Below are positions 1 through 7,095 of a DNA stretch of 10,515 nucleotides, in pieces. The notes beneath the pieces are model-generated. The model was given only the letters and a program-made list of their open reading frames with translations. It made no database searches and was not told the origin of the DNA. How positions within the stretch are numbered: position 1 is the stretch's first letter; every line of letters begins with the position of its first letter. The stretch covers positions 1-10,515 of the forward strand of contig JBMFOP010000101.1 in assembly GCA_049969675.1 (NCBI GenBank), written 5' to 3'. A program made the translations under genes and the position numbers. The DNA comes from Myxococcota bacterium (GTDB taxonomy: Bacteria > Myxococcota > SpSt-1050).

Positions 1-390
1 CTTTTGGATTCCCTCATCAATATTTTGGTTATCTTCTGAATCTTCCATCTCATTTTCCACAATATTTTCAATTTTTTGTTTTGTTTCGTGATGTGAAAAT
101 GAACCGTCTTTTGCAGTGCTTATTAAATCATAAGTCTCTCTGTTTGTGCCAATGCCAACTAGAATTCTTATCCGCTCACTCCCTTCAAGTGGTTTATACA
201 ATGCATGAAACCCGCTTACATAAAAATAACCAACGAGACAATCAAAAAACTTGCAATCCTTTATTAGCTGTTCAAATCTATTTTTAAGTGTTTTACCCGC
301 TTCATTTACTATAAATGTTAAATCTAAAGATAAATGCTCATCTTCAGTCCAGTTATAAATTTCTTTGGGATATTTCTTTTCTTTGGTCAT
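1..390 (-). CDS. N-terminal 130 aa (runs off window) of a probable PLD-nuclease-domain / SNF2-family helicase of the kind found in restriction-modification/defence loci
   Basis: Hand translation from ATG 390-388, open to base 1: MTKEKKYPKEIYNWTEDEHLSLDLTFIVNEAGKTLKNRFEQLIKDCKFFDCLVGYFYVSGFHALYKPLEGSERIRILVGIGTNRETYDLI...SHHETKQKIENIVENEMEDSEDNQNIDEGIQK. The FDCLVGYFY.SGF and IRILVG blocks match, from recall, the N-terminal PLD-like domain of such helicases. The HxK and helicase motifs would lie outside the window. Missed by the ORF track because there is no stop in the window. Confidence 0.8.
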   Translation of the reverse strand, partial: MTKEKKYPKEIYNWTEDEHLSLDLTFIVNEAGKTLKNRFEQLIKDCKFFDCLVGYFYVSGFHALYKPLEGSERIRILVGIGTNRETYDLISTAKDGSFSHHETKQKIENIVENEMEDSEDNQNIDEGIQK

Positions 391-393
391 AAA

Positions 394-495
394 TTACTTT
401 TCTCTGCCTTTTTTCTTTGAGGAAGACTTTACATTCTCTGTTATCCTTTCTAATGACCCTTCACCTGTCCATTTATCTATTATATCTTTTTTAAA
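394..495 (-). pseudogene. Startless 3' remnant of a probable excisionase-family (HTH_17/MerR-like) DNA-binding protein gene
   Basis: Open frame FKKDIIDKWTGEGSLERITENVKSSSKKKGREK* ends 3 nt before the helicase ATG, in the same frame. FKKDIIDKW resembles the WRFKKxxIDxWI C-terminal motif of HTH_17 proteins. No start codon; upstream the frame is closed by a TGA inside the repeat. Confidence 0.5.
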
Positions 496-532
496 GTTTC
501 AATCCTTATTTTAATGGAAGTGGGGTTAAAAC
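496..532 (-). CRISPR. Solitary 37-bp CRISPR direct repeat (class 1-like, ATTGAAAC 3' end); not a multi-unit array
   Basis: Minus strand GTTTTAACCCCACTTCCATTAAAATAAGGATTGAAAC: 37 nt, GTTT...GAAAC ends, canonical 8-nt ATTGAAAC handle and a short TCC/GGA stem. The 3' 23 nt differ at one position from the recalled repeat-family end TCCATTAAAACAAGGATTGAAAC. Only one intact copy is present. Confidence 0.8.
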
Positions 533-651
533 GGATTTCAAAGAACAGGGATATCATATCAATTATTTTCTTAAATGCAAATTTGTTTTGGACAAATATG
601 GATCTGTATGTGTATTTTTTAGGTTTTTAATAATTAGAATTACAGTCAAAA
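533..651 (-). promoter_or_regulatory. AT-rich CRISPR leader-like region with sigma70-type promoter (TTGCAT-N16-TATGAT, extended -10 TGn)
   Basis: Non-coding, about 24% GC by hand count (29/119). On the minus strand -35 TTGCAT is at 580-575 and -10 TATGAT at 558-553, preceded by TGA, 20 nt upstream of the repeat's 5' end. Confidence 0.55.
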
Positions 652-2100
652 TTATTTTTTTAGTGGTATCTTTTCAATCTCAAATTGAAACTGCTCCAGT
701 CTCTGAGCCTGTCTTTCATGCATCTTCTTGATTTCATTGAATCTCTCCTGCATCCTTTTATTGTAATCTGCGCTCTCACTCCCGATTGGTGCAATATTTC
801 TATAATCAATTGTCCGTTTTATCTGTAGCCAGATCTCCTTGTAAAGTTCATTTAAGTGTCTTTTAAGCTCCTCTGAAAACTCCCAGTTGAAGATGGTCTC
901 CTTGCTTGATGGTGAACGCCAGAGAATGATCTCATCCACATCCCCATATCCCCTGATATGCCTATCTACAATCTCAAATGCCGGATATGTATAAGTGGGA
1001 AATCTATCTGTATAGACAGTGATTGTAATTGTTCTGTCCTTTGAGAGTGTTACACCAATAAAATTATCTCCAAATTGAAACAATTTAAGACTTTTGGGGT
1101 CCAGAAGGTATGAGATCAGTCGGAACTGTTCGCTCGTATTCAAAAAAGATAGTTCCTTCTGTGGATTGGGGATAATTGATTTCTTATTCCTGATAAAATC
1201 TATCAGGTCATCAATCCCTACGACGAGGTTCAGCCCTTTCCCCTCAGAGTAGAAGGCGTGATATAGCCCTACGAGCTCATATTCTCCACTTTCACAATTT
1301 ATTGCAAAGACTGGTGAACCGCTCTGGCCGGTATTGAGCTGTGCATCAACTATAAAATCGGTATGGTGCCAATCTCCGTCATTGTCTTCTATATTCACAT
1401 TTATCACCTTCCCTGTATTGCTTGCATTAAATATCCCGAGAGGGAATCCCTTTATCATAACAACATTCCCGGTTTTGAGCTCCGAAGAGGAACCGAGCTT
1501 ATAAGGTATAGGTCTTATATTTACCTTCCCCTCCAGGATTGCCGCATCCAGCTCCGGTGCAATGGCAATGACCTTCAGTTCAATGAAGTTCTTCTCAAAT
1601 GTATCATTTTCATTCTGGACGATCTTGATTACCTCCCCGACCTTTTTGGAGCCAAATGGCACACCCTCAAGTCTATTATTCTCTGTGGTGACGAGTGGTT
1701 GATTCGCCACATGCTCATTGGTCAGAAAATATACTGTCTCCCCTTTCTTCTCAAAAGGGAATGCTGTCCCATGAATTACATATTTAATAAATCTCTTATT
1801 TATCTTCCCGTCTTCAGAATAGAAGATCTGTTCGTATGTTGTGGTATTTCTGATACAGACCGAATAGTTGCTACTTGAGGACTTCTCAAATTCCATTACC
1901 TCTCTCTTTAATGCCTCAATATTATCCGCATATCTGCCTGTGCACCTCAAAGAATCCCCTTTTCTGTTCTCCACATTCTGTATCTTCGCATCTATGTCTG
2001 TATCTTTGTCAAACACCTCTTCAGATCTTACCCTCTCTTTGGAGCAGTCAAGAATGGAGAATAGACAGATCAGTAAAGAAAATAATCTCAAAACCTTCAT
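652..2100 (-). CDS. Trypsin-like (S1, Trypsin_2) serine protease, exported / possible lipoprotein, with uncharacterised C-terminal domain
   Basis: Catalytic triad motifs FLTNEHVA (His), ELDAAIL (Asp), LNTGQSGSP (Ser), plus GFPLG. Start placed at ATG 2100 because MKVLRLFSLLICLFSILDC forms a signal peptide (atypical lipobox); the ORF-track start at 2157 is less likely. Confidence 0.88.
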   Translation of the reverse strand: MKVLRLFSLLICLFSILDCSKERVRSEEVFDKDTDIDAKIQNVENRKGDSLRCTGRYADNIEALKREVMEFEKSSSSNYSVCIRNTTTYEQIFYSEDGKINKRFIKYVIHGTAFPFEKKGETVYFLTNEHVANQPLVTTENNRLEGVPFGSKKVGEVIKIVQNENDTFEKNFIELKVIAIAPELDAAILEGKVNIRPIPYKLGSSSELKTGNVVMIKGFPLGIFNASNTGKVINVNIEDNDGDWHHTDFIVDAQLNTGQSGSPVFAINCESGEYELVGLYHAFYSEGKGLNLVVGIDDLIDFIRNKKSIIPNPQKELSFLNTSEQFRLISYLLDPKSLKLFQFGDNFIGVTLSKDRTITITVYTDRFPTYTYPAFEIVDRHIRGYGDVDEIILWRSPSSKETIFNWEFSEELKRHLNELYKEIWLQIKRTIDYRNIAPIGSESADYNKRMQERFNEIKKMHERQAQRLEQFQFEIEKIPLKK

Positions 2101-2275
2101 ATAAATATTTATATCATCAAAACGGCTATTATCAAGAAATAGGCAGAGCAAATTCAATTTTTGTATTAAAACACATCTGCCTTTTTAATTGAAGCCTGAA
2201 GGATGTTGAATTTTTAAGAGGATGACTTTTACCCCGTCTGCATACGCATCCACCCCTCTACTAATCTCAACAGAA

Positions 2276-3988
2276 TCAATTTTTGCAATTGTAGAGCTCT
2301 GTTAATCCGGAATAATTTGATTTCAAAATACTGACAATGTCTGAGAGTGTTTGATTAAATTTATTTGTTGAAGAATCAGATGTCTTAACACAAATTATGC
2401 GTTCATCTCCACAGACTTTTATCTCCTCACAATAATTCTGATGAGGGATCCTGTCCATCCATCTCTTAACACCATAAAGTGGTTTACCTCCCAGAAAGAC
2501 GAGCTTTACATCCTCTACTCCGAGATTTGTGATGTCCGAGTAGTCTTTAAGGCTGTCATATTCAAATATGGTTATATCCGCCACATAGTCCTTTGCGAGT
2601 TTGCCGAGCCTATCCTCCATTGCAAGTGCCTTTGCCGGGGTATAGGTTATCATATTGAATATATCTCTATCTGAGAGGGCATTGTTGAGTTTCTCCCGAT
2701 TATATCTGCCTACAAAACGCAACTCCTCCAGCATATTCTTTCCACCTGATGGATTCCAGTCCGGGGCGATGGATATATCCAGCCCAACATTCTTTGCTGT
2801 CTGGATATCTGTGGTGGCACCGTATAATCTTGTATTGGAGATAGGGGACCAGATGAGTTTGGCGCCCACATTCTTCATCTCCTGAAATTCTGCCAGAGTC
2901 AATGCAGTCCCGTGAATTATAGCGGTCTCCTTTAATAAGAGCCCTTTTTTCTTTAAGGTTGTGAATTCATTTCTTGAGAGGGTATCAACCCCCTCTGCCA
3001 GATGTATGACAAAGGATTTTACAGAACCATTCTTTGTCCCATTTATTATACTTGCAGCAGTACTATCATCCAGCGAATCTATAGAAGGGACATGAGTCCT
3101 TACATAGTCAAAACCGAATCCATTGTATTGTGTATCCACATTTCTCACCAGAACATTTATACAGGCAGATGTATATGAAGAGCCCTGAGATGAGGTGGTC
3201 CCTGCCAGAAGTGCTACAACCTCTGCAAACTTTACCATCTCGCACTTCAGATTTAAATTCCCGAGGTCATCAAAGGGCTTCTTAAATAACTTGTAGCTGC
3301 TATCACTCTGCCACTGATATCTATTTTGATACAGCTTCGTATTCTCCCACTTTGGAAGTACATTATAGGCAAGATGATTGTGTGCATCATATAGTGCTGG
3401 CATAATGGTGCCGTGGGTAGAGATGGTAGTAAATTTGCCTATATCGTTCTGATATGTAGAGCTGCAATCCTTTGCGACACAGAATATCTTATCACCAACA
3501 ATATATATCTCGCCGACATACGGGTCGCTTCCATCTAAAATCAGCCCTTTTAGAAGATATCTATCTGTTGAACTACCGACCACCACCTCCTCATTCCCTA
3601 TATCTACATCAGAAGGAGATACATCTATGCCCCCATCAAAACCTGCATCAAGGGTATCAGAAATATCTGTATAGTCTGGTATATCAGTTACATCATAGGA
3701 TATATCCAGAATATCTGTTGAGGCATCGGGCTTAACCGTTGTATCGTCTCCTATCAGAACGCACTCTCCATCTATACATACCTCATCTGCATTACAGGGG
3801 AAGAGACACTCCTTTCCTGAATCTATATCTGGATTGGAGGTATCCATTATGTATCCATTATCTGCGACATCAATTAGCAAGACATCGCCTTGAGTAGAAT
3901 CATTAGAATCAGTGGTAGAATCACCTCCACAGGAAGAGAGTGAAAACACCAACATAAGAAGGATAAGTATAAACGATATCTTTTTCAT
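2276..3988 (-). CDS. Amidohydrolase-superfamily (deaminase-like) lipoprotein with Asp-rich and Cys-rich N-terminal tether
   Basis: Lipobox LSSC at residue 20. Metal-binding motifs DAHNH (HxH), IHLAEG (HxxE), IIHGTAL and APDW, and the C-terminal GKLAKDYVADI beta-strand motif. RBS GGAGG upstream of the ATG. Confidence 0.88.
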   Translation of the reverse strand: MKKISFILILLMLVFSLSSCGGDSTTDSNDSTQGDVLLIDVADNGYIMDTSNPDIDSGKECLFPCNADEVCIDGECVLIGDDTTVKPDASTDILDISYDVTDIPDYTDISDTLDAGFDGGIDVSPSDVDIGNEEVVVGSSTDRYLLKGLILDGSDPYVGEIYIVGDKIFCVAKDCSSTYQNDIGKFTTISTHGTIMPALYDAHNHLAYNVLPKWENTKLYQNRYQWQSDSSYKLFKKPFDDLGNLNLKCEMVKFAEVVALLAGTTSSQGSSYTSACINVLVRNVDTQYNGFGFDYVRTHVPSIDSLDDSTAASIINGTKNGSVKSFVIHLAEGVDTLSRNEFTTLKKKGLLLKETAIIHGTALTLAEFQEMKNVGAKLIWSPISNTRLYGATTDIQTAKNVGLDISIAPDWNPSGGKNMLEELRFVGRYNREKLNNALSDRDIFNMITYTPAKALAMEDRLGKLAKDYVADITIFEYDSLKDYSDITNLGVEDVKLVFLGGKPLYGVKRWMDRIPHQNYCEEIKVCGDERIICVKTSDSSTNKFNQTLSDIVSILKSNYSGLTELYNCKN

Positions 3989-4055
3989 AAATGACCTCCG
4001 AGCCAGGATGGAATTATATCAGCAAAATGGAGATAATAAAACAGAAAATTTATGT

Positions 4056-5267
4056 CTATTCATATCTAAGGGCATCAATGGGGTTCATATCGGCGGCTCG
4101 TTTTGCAGGGAATACTCCAAATATTATGCCGACAGCCACAGAAAAACCGAATGAAAGCATAAATATCCACGGTGTCAGCTGCACCTGAAAGTCTGGCACT
4201 AATGAATTAAATACGATTATTGTAAGCAGTCCAAGCAAGAGGCCGACTACCCCTCCGAGCAGAGAGATTGTTACACTCTCAATTAAGAATTGAATTAGTA
4301 TATCAGACCTTCTGGCACCGACAGCGATTCTGATACCAATCTCACGGGTCTTCTCCTTGACTGTCACAAGCATAATGTTCATAATCCCGATGCCCCCTAC
4401 CAGAAGAGATATACTTGCAATCCCGAGTACGACCAGTTGCATAGTGGACGCAATCTTTTCAAATGTGGAGAGCATATCCTTCTGAGAAATTATTGTAAAG
4501 TCCTCATTCCCATTATGTGCCTTTTTCATCAATTCATTTATCTCATCTATTGCTGCATCTACATTTGAGGCGGAATTTGCCTTAACTGTTATCCTTGTAA
4601 GTCCTTCTTGATTAAACATATCCATTGCTATAGTAAGAGGGATATATACAATGTCGTCCATATCAATTCCGAGTGATTGTCCCTTGCTCTGCATTACCCC
4701 AATTACAGTGAATCGCCCGCCAGCCACAGTCATCTGTTTCCCGAGCCGATTCTCGCCCTGAAAGAGCTCTTTTAGAACCGTGTGGCCAATAACCGCTACC
4801 TTCTTGCGACTTGATACATCTTCCTCAGATATAAAAGAGCCGCTTTCAACTGGCATATTATGAATATATGAAAATGTCTCATTTGTACCTATTATCATCA
4901 GATCTCTCTGTCTATTCTGATATTTTGTATTCCCTCCCCCCATTATAAGACCATTTACTGTCTCAAATGTCCTTCCCCGTTTTTTTAAGAACACCATATC
5001 AGAGAGACTGAGCTTCCTTACTGTATTAATCATCGGGTGTGGCGCTCCACCTTTTGTATCTTTTTTACCTGGCAACACAATCAGTAGATTTGAACCCATA
5101 CCGGAGAACAGATCTGCGAAATAGATTTTTGCCCCTTCGCCGAGTGATACGAGGATTACAACAGAATATACACCAATTACAATCCCGAGTGTGGTCAGAA
5201 ATGTCCGCCATTTATTCAGAAGGGCAGATTGAAACGCTGTCTTAAAAAACTCAAAGAGATCCACCAC
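4056..5267 (-). CDS. MacB/FtsX-family ABC transporter permease
   Basis: RTFLTTLGIVIGV N-terminal TM, large periplasmic domain, SLLVGGIGIMNIMLVTVKEKTREIGIRIAVGA signature and PIDALRYE C-terminus. GTG start (5267 or 5264) after AAGGAGA. Confidence 0.95.
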   Translation of the reverse strand: MVDLFEFFKTAFQSALLNKWRTFLTTLGIVIGVYSVVILVSLGEGAKIYFADLFSGMGSNLLIVLPGKKDTKGGAPHPMINTVRKLSLSDMVFLKKRGRTFETVNGLIMGGGNTKYQNRQRDLMIIGTNETFSYIHNMPVESGSFISEEDVSSRKKVAVIGHTVLKELFQGENRLGKQMTVAGGRFTVIGVMQSKGQSLGIDMDDIVYIPLTIAMDMFNQEGLTRITVKANSASNVDAAIDEINELMKKAHNGNEDFTIISQKDMLSTFEKIASTMQLVVLGIASISLLVGGIGIMNIMLVTVKEKTREIGIRIAVGARRSDILIQFLIESVTISLLGGVVGLLLGLLTIIVFNSLVPDFQVQLTPWIFMLSFGFSVAVGIIFGVFPAKRAADMNPIDALRYE

Positions 5268-5949
5268 TATTCTCCTTATCTTCTATAATATTCCCATCAA
5301 GTATCCTCACAATCCTTCTCGCCACATTTGCCACATTCAGGTCGTGAGTAACCAGTACAATCGTCACACCCTTCTCAGAGTTTAGCTTGCCAAAAAGGGA
5401 GATAATCTCCTTACCTACCTTCTGGTCCAGATTCCCTGTTGGTTCATCAGCAAGAATAATATCTGGATTATTCACAATAGCCCTCGCAATCGCCACCCTC
5501 TGACGTTCACCTCCTGAGAGCTCAGATGGTCTGTGCCTATTTCTATGAGTTAGGTTTGCACTCTTTAATGCCTTTAGTGCGAGCCTCTCACGCTCCCGTG
5601 GACCGACACCGCTATAGAGAAGAGGGAGGGCGACATTATTTAACACATTATATTGTGGGAGAAGATTGTAATTCTGAAAGACGAAGCCAATTCGTCTATT
5701 CCTCATATAAGCGAGCTTCTCATCCCTCAGATCCTTTACATTTACACCGTCAAAGAAGTAATCACCGCTGGTTGGACTCTCCAGACATCCGAGAATATGC
5801 ATTAGAGTTGACTTACCAGACCCAGAGGGACCTATTATAGATATAAACTCCCCTTTCTCAATTTTGAGATTTATATTATTTAAGGCGACAACTTCCTCTG
5901 AGCCCAGATGATAGATTCGAGAGATATTCTTGAGTTCAATGAGTGCCAT
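5251..5949 (-). CDS. ABC transporter ATP-binding protein (MacB/LolD/FtsE-like)
   Basis: Walker A GPSGSGKST, Q-loop GFVFQ, signature LSGGERQRV, Walker B/D-loop ILADEPTGNLD, H-loop VTHD. Start is coupled to the upstream stop (TGATG). Confidence 0.97.
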   Translation of the reverse strand: MALIELKNISRIYHLGSEEVVALNNINLKIEKGEFISIIGPSGSGKSTLMHILGCLESPTSGDYFFDGVNVKDLRDEKLAYMRNRRIGFVFQNYNLLPQYNVLNNVALPLLYSGVGPRERERLALKALKSANLTHRNRHRPSELSGGERQRVAIARAIVNNPDIILADEPTGNLDQKVGKEIISLFGKLNSEKGVTIVLVTHDLNVANVARRIVRILDGNIIEDKENSGGSL

Positions 5950-7091
5950 CAGAACTTCCTGGACCTCTTCATTGTTCGCTTATTTATCTTCATTCCATCT
6001 TTTAACTCTTCAGAGTTGAGGGGCACCACAACCTTCTCTAATTCAGTTACTCCCGAAAGAATCTCTGTCTTCTCCCAGTTAGAAAGACCTGTTTCAATTG
6101 CCTTTTTTTCAATTGTATCTCCTTTGATTACATATACATATTTCTCACCATATTTCCCGACAATCACCTGTGATGGCAGATACTTTACAGACTCTTTTTT
6201 GTTTACTACCACCTCTGCCTCAAATGTCATCCCTATTCTCATATCAGGTTCTGGTGTAGATATCTCAAAATGCACCTCTACACCTCGGGACGCCTTGATG
6301 TCCGTTGAGACGACCGGTGATATCCAGCTAACCCTCCCTTCAATAACCCTTCCCTGAACGGCATCCGTCTTTAATCTGACCTTCATACCTGTTGTAATTT
6401 TCGCTGCGTCTACTTCATCAAATCGGGCAGAGAGATAATACCTCTCATCGCTAAAGAGTTCATATATTGGTGTTCCGGGGACCAGATACTCCCCTATCTC
6501 AACGAACATATCAGATATGACTCCATCAAAGGGCGCCCTGATTAGCGTATTCTCATATAGAGAGCGTGCAATCTTTAGTTGTGCCTCCAGTTGAAGTATA
6601 TTTGCCTCAGAGACATTTAATGCCTCCTGAATCACCTGAGATTCTGTCTTTGCCTGATCCAGATTTGATTCAGAGACCACCTTCTCTGAGAATAGCCTCT
6701 CTGCCCTCTCAAGGCTCTTCTGAAGATTTGAAGACCTTATCTTTGTCTGCCTTAATTGAGCTATACCGGCATTAAGGTTTGCCTCTGCAAGTTTAAGCCT
6801 TGCAAACTGCTCATCATTCTTAAGTTTGATAATTAAGTCGCCTCTTTTTACTCTATCACCCTTCCTGAAGAATATCTTCTCTATCTCCCCATTTGTAGAT
6901 GCCCTTATATGTGCAGACATATCCGGTTGGAGGACTGCATTTGAGAGTGGGGTTACAACCTCCTCAATATCGCCTTCCATCAGGACGGTATATTCAACAT
7001 CTAAAAGCCTTTTGGGCCAGAGATAAAAGAGTAGAAAGATGACTGTCAGGGGAAGTATGACATATCTGAATATTTTCTTTACAGTGTTCAA
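5949..7091 (-). CDS. Periplasmic adaptor / membrane-fusion protein (MacA/HlyD family)
   Basis: N-terminal TM, lipoyl-like halves (GEIEKIFFRKGDRVKRGDLI; IRAPFDGVI), coiled-coil hairpin, FDEVD and MRIGMT motifs. Start placed at TTG 7091 after a GAGGAG RBS, just downstream of the upstream gene's stop at 7096. Confidence 0.92.
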   Translation of the reverse strand: MNTVKKIFRYVILPLTVIFLLFYLWPKRLLDVEYTVLMEGDIEEVVTPLSNAVLQPDMSAHIRASTNGEIEKIFFRKGDRVKRGDLIIKLKNDEQFARLKLAEANLNAGIAQLRQTKIRSSNLQKSLERAERLFSEKVVSESNLDQAKTESQVIQEALNVSEANILQLEAQLKIARSLYENTLIRAPFDGVISDMFVEIGEYLVPGTPIYELFSDERYYLSARFDEVDAAKITTGMKVRLKTDAVQGRVIEGRVSWISPVVSTDIKASRGVEVHFEISTPEPDMRIGMTFEAEVVVNKKESVKYLPSQVIVGKYGEKYVYVIKGDTIEKKAIETGLSNWEKTEILSGVTELEKVVVPLNSEELKDGMKINKRTMKRSRKF

Positions 7092-7095
7092 GTTG

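Noticed and set aside
81..287. 68-aa plus-strand ORF from the track
   Set aside because: Antisense shadow of the helicase-like gene; no recognisable motif.
344..489. Possible short duplication (KEIYNWTEDE vs KDIIDKWTGEG; gtccagttat vs gtccatttat)
   Set aside because: Only about 10 nt of near-identity in AT-rich DNA; indistinguishable from chance.
421..532. Conventional multi-repeat CRISPR array with cas genes
   Set aside because: Only one intact repeat is present and no cas-like ORF is in the window; reported as a solitary repeat instead.
1363..2192. Plus-strand ORFs 1363..1878, 1868..2104, 1875..2192
   Set aside because: Antisense to the well-supported protease gene; no motifs or RBS.
2240..2265. 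Lysine-riboswitch-like start (GTAGAGG on the minus strand)
   Set aside because: The following conserved elements and length do not fit, and the downstream gene is unrelated to lysine.
2441..7026. Multiple short plus-strand ORFs (including 5908..6357, 149 aa)
   Set aside because: All lie antisense to, or overlap, strongly supported genes; typical shadow ORFs.
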